In this document: in pieces, positions 47,823 through 61,652 of the stretch
Layout of the letters: every line of letters starts with the position of its first letter
How positions within the stretch are numbered: the stretch's first letter is position 1
Assembly: GCA_010909165.1 (NCBI GenBank)
Contig: MU008182.1
Location: forward strand, 496,001 to 560,000
Length of the DNA stretch: 64,000 nucleotides
DNA from: Anthoceros angustus
Lineage: Eukaryota; Plantae; Anthocerotophyta
Direction: 5' to 3'
Made by a program: the position numbers and the translations under genes
Notes under the pieces: generated by a model
Database searches by the model: none
Told to the model about the DNA's origin: nothing
The model's input: only the letters and a program-made list of their open reading frames with translations

Positions 47823-47860
47823 GGGGCCGGGGCCGGGGCCGGGGCCAGGGCCGGGGCCCG
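47823..47860 (+). repeat. (GGGGCC)n array with G-quadruplex potential
   Basis: Six GGGG runs in 38 bp. Confidence 0.8.
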
Positions 47861-48843
47861 GACTCGGGGATGCGGCATCCCGCAGCATATGCCTGTGCCT
47901 TTCGACATCCCACCGCCAAGCATGCTAAATTTGCACGCCATGTGGCGCCTCGGTGGGCTGGGCTGGGCTGCTCCTACAAGCCTTCCAGTCCAGCAGCACT
48001 GGCCAGCTACAGACTACAGAGCTCATGTTTTTTGTAACATTTCTGCTTCTGCCCTCTTCGCCTCGCCTCTCCTCGCCTCCCCCGATCAACAGTCCACCGA
48101 AGTCTATCGCTCATGGCGCCTGGGCATCAGCAACTGGGTACCCAAGCCAAGCCGAGCCCAGCCCAGCCCAGCCAAGCCAAGCCAAGCCAGCACACAGACG
48201 CATAGGCAGTGTGACATGGACATGGCAGTGATGCAATGCCGTTCCCCATGCATTGCCAAGGCGTCGGCGGAGTCAATGGCCCGCAGGCACATAGATTTGG
48301 CTCCATGCCTGCAGCCTGCACAGCCTGCACAGCCTGCAGCAGAGTCGGGGCTGTCTGGAGAGCCTCGCTCCGGCTCCAGCGTAGGTGATCAAAGTGGACG
48401 CGCCGAGGGCGAGGGCGAGGGCGAGGGCGAGGGCGAGGCCAAGTGCGAGGCCAAGTGCGAGTCCGGTCGCCACACGCTTATGCGCTTACGTCCCGTCGCA
48501 TAAGACGTTGTGTGGACACATTAATAACTGCTGTCGCGGGATTAACTCACCTGCACAGTGCACAGTGCACGGAGCACGGTGCACAGCGCACAGTGAACAG
48601 TGCACAGTGCACAGTGCACAGTGGCGAGTGCGCGGTCTAGGGCATAGCGACCGCGACCCCAGAGCAGCATTCGCATTCGTTGCCCTGCCCCCTGCATTGA
48701 TGAATCTGCGCACAGTGAAGTGGCAAAACTGGAGGGCAGGCGCCCAGATTCCATTCCCCAGGTCGGGAGCCGGACACCCCGCCCACCTGCCGCTTTAACG
48801 AACAAGGCTGGGATCCGGAGCAGGAGCAGGAGGAGGAGCAGGT

Positions 48844-48889
<46 letters not shown>

Positions 48890-50123
48890 CAGGCTCCTTC
48901 AGACAGAGAACGATGCATCGCATCGGGTGGGAGAATGGACCAGGGGAAATGGAAGCCGGAATGGAAGCCGGCTTCCGCCTTCCATTCCGGCTGCCGGGAT
49001 CACAAAGTCGCACACGAAACCAGCCCAGCCTCTAAGCCCAAGTCTTGCATCCCACACGCCGCTGGCGTCGCAACACTTGGCAGGCAGGCCCGACCAGCCA
49101 CCAGGTAGCGCCACCCGGTGGCTGCTGTTGGCGCAACGTTTGCGCCGGCGGCCCACGCCCACGCGAGACACTCGCTTGCACGTTCCTGCCCAAATCGACC
49201 GAGCCTGTCAGGCGCCGCACGTGGCAGGTGACGACCCCATGGGACCAGGCCTCTCCGCTCCCCACCCCACCCCACCCCACCTGCGCAGGCCTCAGCCTCA
49301 GCCTCAGCCTCTAGAGGCCTCAGGTCAAACTCCTCCCTCCTTCCCGACCCGGGGCCCCCCTTTATTATTACGGCTCCGACACTCCACTCCTGCGCATACA
49401 CATACACATACACATACACTTGCACATACACGAGAGAAAGCGAGCTATTTGTTTAATGCGTTCCTCCCTTTTGAAAATCCTTTCATTATTCATATACAAA
49501 TACCTACCTACACATACACACCAGGTATAGGTAGGTAGGTACATACTCATAAGTCTGGAATGTCGCTTAAAAAATGCAGCGTTCGAGGAGAGACGACTTT
49601 ATGACAAGCCCAGCTCCCGCTGCCCTGCTAAACAGCAGGAGCAGCGAGCAGGTAGCAGGCAGGTCGAGGCGACACCCCAAACCCACAACCTCGAACCAGC
49701 CACACAAGCCGCGACTTTAAACGCATTCAATTCAAACTATTTCTCTCTTTCCTTGAGCAGAGCTACGATTTGCGTGCCCATGTTGCCTTGGGGCCTGCAG
49801 CGCTTGTCTTCATCCGGCCTCGAGGCCACGACACGAGACGAGCCGGGCCTGGCACTCGGGCCCAGTGTGAGTAATGCGAGCCTACTACAAGCCACACCCA
49901 AAACGCCTTGCACTCTCACTGCAAAGTCAGCCCTCTCACCCGATGCCGAGGGGACTTGGCTTCTTTGGACGCACTTATTCTCATCCCGCTCCCCAGATTG
50001 ATCCTCTTGACCTCGCATACGTGCAGGCCTACGAGGCTTCAAACTTCACAACCCAGGCATGCTCTCTTCGCGGATAGTCTACGTACTGTGTGTACCTGCA
50101 CTACATCGATGAGCACATTTCCG

Positions 50124-50186
50124 CTTCAGCCTTGAGCCTTCGGCATTGAGCCTTCGGCCTCGAGCCTTCGGCCTTGAGCCTTCAGC
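50124..50186. repeat. 14-bp (2x7) tandem repeat CCTTGAGCCTTCGG, ~4 copies
   Basis: Direct reading of the sequence. Confidence 0.85.
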
Positions 50187-53100
50187 GCCCCCAAGAGATA
50201 CCGCTCCCCATGCGCACACAGCACACACATATGTACATGCGTACGCTTGCTGAGCAAGCAAAACGCATGCTTGAATACGACTCCGAGTACGAATCCGCAG
50301 AGGCTGGGGCTGGGGCTGTGGCTGGGGCTGTGGCTGGGGCTGTGGCTGTGGCCGTGGCCGTGGCTGTGGGTGGAACGGGCGGGTAGGTTGGCAGCCGGGG
50401 CCAGCGGGGCCCGCCACGGCAGGCCCGGCGCCCGGCTCCCGGCTCCCGGCTCGACGTCAGCCGAGGCCTGGCTTTGTGGAACGGAGCGTCCCGTCGCGCG
50501 GCCTCGGCCTCGGCCTCGGCCCCTACCTTTGCTTAAGCTTCAGGAGCATTTAGTTATCCAGGCTGATGCTGGTGCTGGTGCTGATGATGGGCCCCCTTGC
50601 TTGGCGCTGGCCTCATGTGAGTCATGAGTCATTAAAGGCTCGAGGCTGGCTTAGCCTGGGCCCCGATTGCCGATTGCCGATTGCCGATTACCGCTTACCC
50701 TGCGTCACGTTGAGGCAGCTCCAACTCCAAAGCTGGCGCTAAATGCCAGGGGCGCTGCCAAAGTGTGGGCCACGCGTGTGTGTTAACACTATTCTACAAT
50801 ATCGACAAAGGGATGACACTGATGCTGCTGATCAACGCTAAGGCCCGCTGCCCGCTGCCAGACACGGAATTTGGCGCCCCTTCTTTCTTAGATTTCGAGT
50901 CATAACGGCATCATAACTGCGCATACCACCAAAACCATGGGAATGGGAGGCTGCATTCATGGCAATCGTAATTTGTTACTATCACCACACTCTCCTTCCC
51001 ACATTCCACATAATGCACAGTGTTATATGATAAGCCCGCCACCTGATACGACCCTTGCACCAATCCCGGGATATGGCTTTAGTGGTGGGACTGTGGGTAG
51101 GACAAAACAAAGGTGGCCCGTGGGGAGCAAGGGAGAAGCGACCGCCTTACCTTTCATTATTATAATTCTTCTTCCTCCTCCTCGTCCTCCTCCTTGTAGT
51201 CTAGCTTACGGGCTTGGCATGGCAAGCGGCAGAGCCGGAAGTTGAAGCGCCCTCCAGGGCAATCATGGGCGCTGCTCCAAGCAGCTCCTGGGCTGCTTCT
51301 AGACGGGGGCCGGGGCCGGGACCCGAGTCCCGACCCGACTCGGGCCGACTCGACCCGACCCGACTCGGGCCCCTGCCCCCTGCCCCCTGGCCCTGGCCCT
51401 GGCCCCCGCCTCCCCCGGCCCAGGCCCCGGCCCCGGAAATTTAATCTGATTCCAGAACACACTACACGTATCTGGTATCCAGTATGCAGTATCTTGGTGG
51501 ATGCGGCAGCGGGCAGCGGGCAGCGGGCAGTGTGCACACCAGCCCCATCCCCTGCGTACAGTATGTATGTGTATGTATGTATGTATGTATGTACCCAGGT
51601 AGGCGAGTAAACACCAGCCGGTATAGTAGGTGGGTGCGTACGTCGGCTGATTAGATCACAGCATCACAGCCTGCAACGACAACAAGGAGCAGTAGCCGCA
51701 GTGAGCACAAGATCCACTTTTTCGTACCTTGCAGTCTGCACTGTACTTCCAGCGCCCGTGTTGGGGTGACGAAAGATCGCTGCCGTGACGCCGGCCTCTC
51801 CTAGACTTGGACATCACACCTCACCTCCTCGGCCATCTACGTATCTCGTGTGCGTAGTCTGGGTATACATGATCTGCGAATACGCGGCCCCCATCCAGGA
51901 ACTTGCAACATGCAGCAGAACGCATTGCATTGCATTGCATTTCCATGGCTTGTGCGAAGAGAGACCGAGGTCACCGGGCTGTGCAACACGCCACGGCTGC
52001 TTCAGATGAGACGGCGCCTGCTGCAGCCTGCTGCACCACTGCAGGTCAAGGCCCCACACACCAAAACACAGCTGCCTTGGCCTTGGCCTGGGCCCCGGGG
52101 CCCCGGGGCCCCGGGCCCCTGGCCCCTGGCTGCTAATTCTAAGCGTGGCCAGCCTCCTGCATGCCTCCAACGAAAACACGCATACTTGAAACACCCATGT
52201 GCGGATGAATGTGGCCAGGAAACCATCCATCCCCAAGTGGCATAAGCAGACAAACACCACGCCTATGCCTATGTATTACATGATATATCTGGGCTGCAGC
52301 CTGGGCATTGGGCGAGGCCAGGCAGTTGCCAATGCACAACGGGCAGGCACCACGCCAACGACAGTCCACACAAGGCTCCACCTCCAGTACAAAACCTGAC
52401 GGAGGAAGTCATCAGTCAGCTTTGACTGTTGAACGTTGGCCGTTGTTTGCTTGGCCACACTTTTCTGACCTCGTCCGTCACTGCTGCACCGGTTCCGTTC
52501 CTGCGTGGGGCAGCCCACCGCAGCTCTCTAAGTCTCCGTGCTACCCATCTACGAGTGATATGTACATTTGTAGATTTACCCGGGCACCACAGCCGCAATC
52601 ATGTTGCTAACACATTCCATTCGCTCTTTGCGCCTCTCAGCACACACTCCTGAAACTCTTACACACAAGCAAAGCAAAAGCATAACAACAAGCACAGGCA
52701 CAGGCACAGGCACAAGCACAAGCACATGCAAATGCTCGTCAGCCGACCGACCCATCATAATGTTCCGGGCTTCCCCTAGTATGTAGTCTGCCCATGAGCA
52801 CGCTACTGGATTCCGATTCTACAAGATCGGGGCAAGCCATTAGATGCAATACAGCACTGCTGCACAGCAGGATGCTAATGCTTACCACCAACTTTTTACC
52901 CCAGTCCACTGTCCGAAGACCGGGCTGCATCGTCCAGCTGTTTCGCGGGTACCGCTCCTGTAACTGTGCACTGCCAAGTGTTCGAGCTCTGAAAACTCGT
53001 TGGACTGGTGTCTTCCTTCGTACAGACAAAAACCCAGAAGATGCCAGTACGGGGGTTACCGTTGAGTCCATGCTGCAGTATGTATGTACTGCCCCGCCCA

Positions 53101-53246
53101 CCTGGTCTAAAGCCTTATGAAGCACATGAAATCCACAACAACGATGGCCCACGTTGCCTTCTCATTTTCTCCTTCCGCTATGATGTTACAAGCGCACATC
53201 GCTTGCGCAGCCGTGCTCACATGGACACAACGCTCATTTCTACTCC

Positions 53247-56200
53247 TTAGCAGCATCGTACTCTTTCAGCCAATCTCCTCTCCAACTCCTTCACGCTGTG
53301 CCACTTGTCTGCCGAAAGCGTCGTCTCTCCGTAGCTCAGCGACATCAGTCTCCCCATCGTTAGCCATCTGCAAAAGGCCCACAATCCCAACAGCCCATCA
53401 GGCCAGCAATCAGGAATCATACTACTTCGCGAACTCTAAGATTCAACACCCTCCATGCAAAGCTTGCCTGTGAAAATCGTCGGGCCCGAGAGACCTGTCT
53501 TCCTGCCTGGCACTGACCAAATCGCCCTCCACGATCTGCGGCATACGGGACAGCAAGTCAAAGTGACCTCTCTCATTCCTCACACTTATACACTTACACT
53601 TAACACAGGACAACTCCTGACAACCTGCACCACGACCACGAAACCCGTCACCGAGGCATACCTGCAGCATGCGGGGATCGATAGAGTATGACAAGCCACG
53701 AACGTAGTTCAAGTACAAGCGCCACTTCGAGATGTCTTCATCGTTGCCCACCAAGTGGCATAGGCTGGCCGTAGACTTGAGTGGTACCACAGCATCGGCT
53801 GGCAGGAGTTTTGCTTTCGCTTGAGACGTCACAAGAACTGGGACATCTGCTGGCATTTCCATCTTGTAGTACTTGAAGTCATACTCCACCTGCATGGGTA
53901 GCTCCACTCAGTGCGAAGATATGCTTTTACCGATACACAGCTCTACCATCATGCTGCCGACAAATACCTTCTGACACTGCATAAGTCGCTTCAGACCGGT
54001 TACATTTTGCACTCCAATACCAGTCAGCTGGCCCGCGTGTAGAGTAGTTTCATCGATTGTTAAGTGCGTTCCTTCTGCTAGCTGCAGCGGTCCTGCTAAC
54101 AGCCTGTGGAAGCAACAACCAACTCAACATCGGGCGGGATACATTCATCCACGGATTAGCAGCTTTACGCAGTGCCACGAACCTGTTGCTTTCGTAGTCC
54201 TTCGAAGGAGAGAAGGATGCCGTGTTGAGTAGTTCCAGAGTTAGGGGCATTGTGTGTGAACGGGGTAGCAAGAAAGCTACAGCCTGTGCAGCTACTGCCG
54301 CCAGAGATGGGGAGAGGTCTGCAGCCGCAACCTGACAGCCGGTGATATTCAGAGACAGCTTTCCCAAGGCAAGGTCATCCTTTCGAGTGTGCACCTGCAG
54401 AAAGGGCCGGAATGGGCTCACTGAATTTGAAGCTCTTGTTAAAAGTTCCACCATTTGCAGTCACAGCTTCAGAGAGGCAAACGAGGGCGTGCGCACCACC
54501 TTTGCCGCAGCCCACCTGAGAAAGCATGTGCAGCAGGAAGTACTCGCCGACCAGACGGTCCCCACCAAAGCTGCGTGTTAATCCTTGCAGCAAGGAACAT
54601 CTCACTTCACCCACATTCGAGGGGGGCGCAGCCTGAATCATTGGATAAAGTGGACATTACAGGGCATCTCAGACAGACAGCCAAACCGAATGCCTGAACG
54701 TAAGAAAGGGACTGCGGTTTCACAGTGTTACCAGAAGGGTGGACATCGGAGGTGCCATGCTGGGAAGAGACAACATAAAATTGTGACCGTGAAGCTTTCG
54801 CCAGGTGAAACAGTGCAAACGAGGTACCTGCATGCCCGTGTCCCTGTTAGAAGCACTGTGAACATCAATGCAAGATGACACATACTCTAACTTATCTTTG
54901 CTGCTGGTGGACTCCAGTCCTTCTCAAGGGTACCTTACTAGCTGGTAGGTGAAACACCAGATTGTCTTCCGTATCTGCTTCAGTGACTCCTTGAGCAATA
55001 AATGCATTCGTCGATAGCTGGGGGTCGAAAGTGACAACTCCGACAAATTCCACAACGTCATTCAACTTCAGGTCTGCATCAGCACCGTCATAAACCTGTG
55101 TAGAGGGTCATAAGTTGACCTTACACGACTCTCATGCACAGGAGTCAAAGCCATGATCCTGAATGAAACAGTGACGAGCGGTACCTTCACCAGGCATGTG
55201 AAAAGTTTGGGCTCAGGAATAGGCATATTCAGATCGACAGGTTTGCGCGCGTCGTTGCAAGACAGCCTTCTGCCCTCTTCTCTCTGCAGACAAGCAACCA
55301 CTTTAACCTCCCATCACTTGCACGAACGGAATCGGTGCTGGAATAAGAACGGACAAGAATACGCTACGCCGGTGCAATCAACTGAGCATCACCCTTCTCT
55401 TCCGTTCCGCAGACCAGTCTGACGATGTATCGGACTCCATGTCCTGGAAACAAGAGTTGCTCAATACAATACGTTCCCAAGGAGCGGAACATGATGATAA
55501 AGTCCTAAACAAAAACGATCCCAAATGAGTGAGGTAAAACTTACAACAGGTCCATCTTCTGCTGAGGACTCCCTTGACCGTTTGTCCCTATTTCCTACAG
55601 AATCATCGCTAGGGAGTGTGGAAGGGTTTACAGCAACAGCTTCCTTCACCCAGGAGTTCTCCCCAGGAATCTGACATGAAAGATGCCAACTCACTTAACG
55701 TTAAAAGAGAAGAACATGCAGCAGGCAACAAGATCAACTGAGCCTAGGACTAAGACCAGTGCAAAATTCAGTTTCAGCTGTCAGCGGCTATAACGTATTG
55801 CCATACAGGGACTACTCACGGGAACAACATAGAGCAGACGCCTATCCCACAATGCTGTCTCCGCCTCAGGATGAACATCCGCGGTGTCGGTAAACTTCCC
55901 TGTGTGCCACGATGAGCCTACCTGCCATCCCCGAAATGCCCAATAAGAAACCAAAATTAACAGTTGTATGACTCTTGGAGAACCACAGTCGATGTCCACG
56001 GACCCTCACCTTGTATGCTCCAACGTAGTACTCATTGTCGAACATATCCTGTATCTGCAACCAGCAAATGAGAGGTGAACTCGCATAACCTCATCCATGC
56101 CCGGAGCGGAGGGAACGGCATTCCGCAGCCAAATGAGTCGAGGAGGAACGCAACCTACCATCCCCCGAAACCGTACAAGAGAATTTGCGGGGATTGAATC

Positions 56201-56473
56201 CATAGGCACAGCATTCAGCTCTGGCACCTGCACAGAAAGAAGCAAGTGTCGAACTTTGAGGATGCAAAGTAGCCAATACCCAGGAGGCGGTGGATGTTAG
56301 GAAAAGCCAACCTTTGCCAGACCTCCCTCATCATAGAGACACCTTTGGAACAAATCTCGAACACCCCAGTCAGACTTGGACAAATCCGCTGGTGCCGTGT
56401 CACAAGTCCTCTGAAACAAAATTCTGACGGCACCAAGCGGATTCCGGACGCAGTCCATTGCTGGGCCTACCAT
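53247..56473 (-). CDS. ETG1: Mini-chromosome maintenance complex-binding protein (MCM-BP/ETG1), multi-exon
   Basis: MVGPAMDCVRNPLGAVR, SLVRFRGM|IQDMFDNEYYVGAYK, DRRLLYVVP|IPGENSWV, GKLSLNITG, SKDYESNR, QVEYDFKYYKMEMPADVPVLVTS, WLTMGRLMSLSYGE...ELERRLAERV. Confidence 0.92.
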
Positions 56474-56601
56474 GGCTATGACTCCCTGCAGATGCTCCTA
56501 AGCTGCTTCTTTCAGGCTCCGGAAATGCAGCTGCAGAACGAATTGAGTCGCAACAACAGAGAAGCACCTAGGAATGTTGGCCAAACGCCGCACAAGCTGC
56601 G

Positions 56602-56613
56602 TTCCCGCCAAAA
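56602..56613. promoter_or_regulatory. Overlapping bidirectional E2F-type site TTCCCGCCAAAA upstream of ETG1
   Basis: TTCCCGCC on + and TTTGGCGG on -, 129-140 bp upstream of the ATG; Arabidopsis ETG1 is a known E2F target. Confidence 0.55.
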
Positions 56614-56786
56614 CACCCGGAAAGCGAGAAGTGAGGCACTGTAACTTCTAACGTTGGCCTCGGGGCTCCGAAAGGAACCGCGTGAATGATGTGCACCACA
56701 AGGAGTTGCTAGATTGAAAAAAAATGCGTGATATGGATTCCACGATCTGTGGATAGAGACTACACAGAATGTTGCAATCGACTAAA

Positions 56787-59700
56787 TTATACATCTCGTG
56801 CCTTCTGTAGCCTGCTCCTTGCCCGTTCTAGGCTTGCGGGAAGACACTGCAGTCCGTGCCATACTGTGCAAATGTTCTTTGGAGGGCCCGTGCTGCTTCT
56901 GAACGTTTTGAAGAACTGCTTTCCGTCAGGAGTTTCCACCTCACACTCCCGGATGTCCACGCTCTGTGCACCACCGAATCTGTTCTCAGCAGCTGCTGGT
57001 GAGTAGCATCTGTGTAAGGCAGGGAGGCTCACCAGTGGAACCATTGTTGGACGACCATGTGCACACTGTAGTGAGGCGAAACAAGAAGTTAGCTGACACC
57101 ACTGTGCAGAATTTAGGGTTAACATGTACAGTTACGTTAGGTGGGCACCTGAAAGCAAAGAGCTGTTTGCTTCAAATGAGCTAGCAGCTCGTGGCATTCG
57201 GATGGCAATAAGGTATCACCAAACATGATTGCTCCTGCAACAAAAGAAAAGGTGAAGGCACCGTGATAGTGTAGGAGCATTTCGAGTGGATGTTAACCCA
57301 TGAGAACTTCAGTCTCTCACCTCTGCACGCTTTGTAGTTCAATATCCTAGTCACTGCGGGAGGCGGTGCTGAGGAGCCATGTGTTTCTTTGAGCTGAGGA
57401 ACATGTTCCAATAAGCAGACAAGTTAGCAGAAGAGGAATATGGGAGGGATAGTATGAAATCCAAGGCTGACAAAGACCTGAGTCAGATAGTCGTTTAGAT
57501 CCGCTGTGGTGAGATTGGTGTTCAGGATACTGGGGACCTGCTCACAGAGTTGATGTACAGATAAGTGCCTGAATCTTGCCTGATGCCCGGGTCAACTTTA
57601 TATACACGGCTACTTACAGCATTCAGAAGCACATTGCGAGCTTTGCCACTGCTGACTCCTTCCCTGAATGGACACCAACAGTGCGTCTAAAGCTTTCAAT
57701 CAAATGACCAATTTAATGGAATTGCTATGCCATTTGTCCAACTACATGGAACAAAAATAAGTTTTCACCTGAGGGTACGGGATGCAATTTTGAATCTCCA
57801 ACCCCAAGTCTGAACCTGTTCAGCATATGTCTCCAAAATCTGCTGGTTCATTGGTGTCAGCGCCTGCAACAAGCCTTGAGGTCAGAACTACTTCTTACTC
57901 CAGAAACTAAATACAGGATATCCAGATGACATCTGACATTGAACAGAGTATCATACCAGTTCCTCTGGTTGATCCAAAAGAGTGACGGCCTTCTTTGTGT
58001 CTGACTCAAGTACCTGCGAACAGATAATAGACATGCCAATGCATCACAGCAGGCAATCCACTTTGAGCCAGCTCCAATAATTGGTGCATGCTCGTCACTG
58101 TTGTGCTACATCAGTCGCCCACTTTCTCAAAATCACATCGTGAAGCTCCTGACCTCCTTTCTCAGCTGCTCAAGTCGAACACGTTCATCTGCTGCGTGCT
58201 GTATGCATCATGCGTGGGGAAGGGTGAAAATCTCATTTGTGATCTCTGGTGCAGGCAAAGGCAGGGAGCAGCTCAAAGCGTGCGCTCACTGCAAAGACTA
58301 CCTGATCCACCAGCACCAATGCTCCTTGGGCTATGACAGCAATGAACTTCTTGTCAACTTGCTGGAGAACTCGGCCATGTTGCAGTTTCTCCTTGGTAAT
58401 CGATGCTGGCACCAGTACATGCTCCACATTAGAAGCGATGTCAAGGATGTCTCTTCCTTCGACCTTCATCAACGGGTTTACCCAAGCCTGCAAATAGCCG
58501 ACAAGGAACGTCAAAAGATACACGAAAAAAGGCTGGAAAGCTAAGTTACTCCAAGAAGGTACGAAGGTACTTGCAATACCTGATACATATCGGCAACAGA
58601 ATCCACCTGGTGGAGATCATCACCCACTACTGACTCAGAGTTTTTGCGGAATTTGGTGATGTTGATGTCACTACCTTCTCTATCAGATCTGCTGGGGTTG
58701 ACTTCTCCTGAGATAACACAGGCAGGATACCAGGAACATTCAGAACTAGGTACCAAGCCTATAACAAACAAGTAGGTGTGGACAACATAGCAAGATTATA
58801 ACAACTTATGGCTGTATACCCAAGGAGCCTCTGCCATTCCTAACTTCCAAATCTTCAAAATCACATAGCAATGAAGTGCTTCGTGTGTGCTCGTCCTCCA
58901 CAAGCGCATCTGAGATGCCTGCAACACTGAAGTCATGCCAAGGCTCTGGACTGAGACCATTACTTCCAATCAAGCAAGGCTCTAGAGTCAAACCATAACG
59001 TCCAATCAAGCAAGGCTCTGGACTCAAACCAGAACTTCCAATGAAGCCCTGTGGAGATAGCCTTTTTCTTTTGCTCCCCTTCCTCTCATAGCACAGCCCA
59101 AACAATCTGCTCGTCCCTGGTGTATCACAGCAGCTAAATCCGTCCCTTCCAAGCGTTTCATTGATGTCAAAAGGGGAAGTGCCCTCCACTTCATTGGGAG
59201 TAGTGACCTTAGAAGGAATGCAAATATCCGATGGCCGTAAGCTCTTTCTAGGAGACCTTGACCTGATATCCCTGGTTAACATTGATGAATGTGCTTCCTC
59301 GAACGCCTTTCTCAAATCTGTGTCGTCTTGAAGACTCTCAACACAAGAATGATCTCCCTCATCAAAAAGTTCGGCACTGTTCAGATCCATCGTGCCACTG
59401 TGAGTTGTACGCAGTTCCACGTGGTGGGACTTCCTTTGACGAACTGGCTCTTCTGTTGGTACGATGTTGGATTCCTCATCTGCCAAGTGACATGCGGATG
59501 TGGTTAAAAGAAGGGGACATGCATGTACATGAAAGCAACTTGACAAACTTGCTTTTCTCAAAGAAAACTACCATGGTTGCACTGGAAGGAGGGATGTTCC
59601 TTCAGGTATGTTCTATGTCGAGGCCATAACTGTTCTAGTATCTCTTCTACGAACAAGACAACCATTTTCCAATCCTGCACATAAACAGGACACAGCTGCT

Positions 59701-61652
59701 CAGATAAAAGTAAATGGGAGGTATTAAAGTGTGGACGTGGCTTCAAGCGACAGTGGTAACAAGCATCAAATGTTTACCTTAAACTCCACAATTGTCTTTG
59801 AGGCCTCAAATGTGATGTCATAATGAGAAGGTGGGCACATCAGATTGAGCACAAATGCAGGAAAAGCTTGCTTTTGCCGGTGAGTCCCTTGAGGATCCAT
59901 CCCCAGACCACAATTACGAGCCGAGTTCAATAGTTTATGAATAGGGGTCTTGTGAACAAAACGACGGTTGATGTCTACCATCCGGTTAAGGTTGCAATGT
60001 TGCAATACAGTAAAGCAGCGACACATGGGTGTATGATGCCACACGGATGGTCCAATCAGAAAGGATACAAAAAAACTGCAGTGTCTGCACAGCAAACAGG
60101 AGTGAATCAGCACCATTCCCTGCAAGGCGCCTGCTCTGCCCGTTGCACACTAAAACTTTTTATAAAGCAGAACCCTTAGAAATAGACAAAGGCTGGCACC
60201 CTGACCTTGGAAGAGAGTACATGTGAAGCCTCGGACAGAAACCCATGCAACCTAAGATTTCCCTTTGCGAAATCTAATTCCTTCATGATGGAACAAAGAT
60301 CAGAGCCAAACAGATCTAGCATAGCCCTCCTCACAGATGAAACCGGCCGTGATCGGAAGACCTCTTGCCTGCAATCAATCAAGAACTCATGGTTCTTAGT
60401 TTACGCCCAAAAGTGACTGAGGAACATATTAAAGACCACAACTTCTCTCCACCCACCTTGCCATATCCTTTACTAAGATAGCAACTCCAGGGTGCATTAG
60501 AGCCAGACGTAAAGCCCGCTCCTTCACAGATTGAAGCACTTTCTTGTGGCTGTAGCAAGCAAGACACTTTAGAACAACAGATTTTCATCAAAGAGAACGG
60601 GCAAATAGAGTAATACTACAGAGGACATACGATTCAACGAACGCTGACTACAACCTTGAGCAGAACAGCTTCCTTCGCACTGGCTGATTGAGGAATATTT
60701 CACGAACAACAACTGAAATCCATCCACAGCTGCCGTCATCAAAAGTTTCAGTATTTGCAAAATGATGGTAATAACTCGCTAAGTTTCAAGAAACCACCTT
60801 TGGTGCCATAGTCCTGCAGTAGGGAGCTCCGCTTGAAGTACAGAGTTTTACTAGCCTAAATCAGCAACCACCAGAACCAGAATCAAGGCTAGAAGTTTTC
60901 CTGGTCGTAGTTAGATAGGTGAACACACATTAGACAGACCTTCAATATCTTTCTGAAAGTATGTGGAGATCCTCGTGCCCGTGATGTCACATCTAAGAGT
61001 GCCACATCTGCAAGTGAGCTCAGAGCCTCTCCACGAAATCCCAGCGTTTGAATGCCACCCTCCAGGTCTTCCAATTCATGAATCTTTGACGTGGCTGCAC
61101 GAAAAAGGGGTAACTACTCAGGACCCAAACTGGACAGTGCGGCCAGTCAGACGCACAGGACCAAGTGCAGCTTGGTGCCTCAGACCAGCAAATCCACTCA
61201 TGCTTCAGACTAAGACATGTTACCGTATCTCTCTCCAAGAAGTTCAAAATCATCTTCACTGATGCCAAAGCCTGCCACAATCACAGATTAGAGGGTCTGG
61301 TGGTGCAGGAAACAAGCCCAGACTCCCCCGTACATTACCATTGTCCTCCACCAGTATTTGAGAATCTTCAGGGCGTACACACACATTGATCTTGACACAG
61401 CACAAGCAACAAGAGATCACAGTCAAGCCATTAACCACCTCTTTAACAATCCAAAAGGAAAGAAACCAGGACACTGCCCAAGTGAGATATTGGCCGCGTA
61501 CATCTATTCCCATAGCAAATTAATACCTGCGTGGCCTCTGCATCCAGACTGTTGCACACTAGCTCCTCGACAATCTGTGCGAGATCAGACAGGACTATGC
61601 TGGATCGTAGGTTGCTTACTACAGCTTCCGGGAGGCATGCAATGTGCCCCAT
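56787..61652 (-). CDS. MLH3: MutL homolog 3 (mismatch repair and meiotic crossover endonuclease), multi-exon
   Basis: [36 protein letters not shown]...[12 protein letters not shown], endonuclease motif VDQ|[26 protein letters not shown]. Confidence 0.92.

Noticed and set aside
47889-52260. ORFs of 130-270 aa upstream of GRAS2
   Set aside because: Repeat-driven and low complexity, with no coherent splice structure or domain
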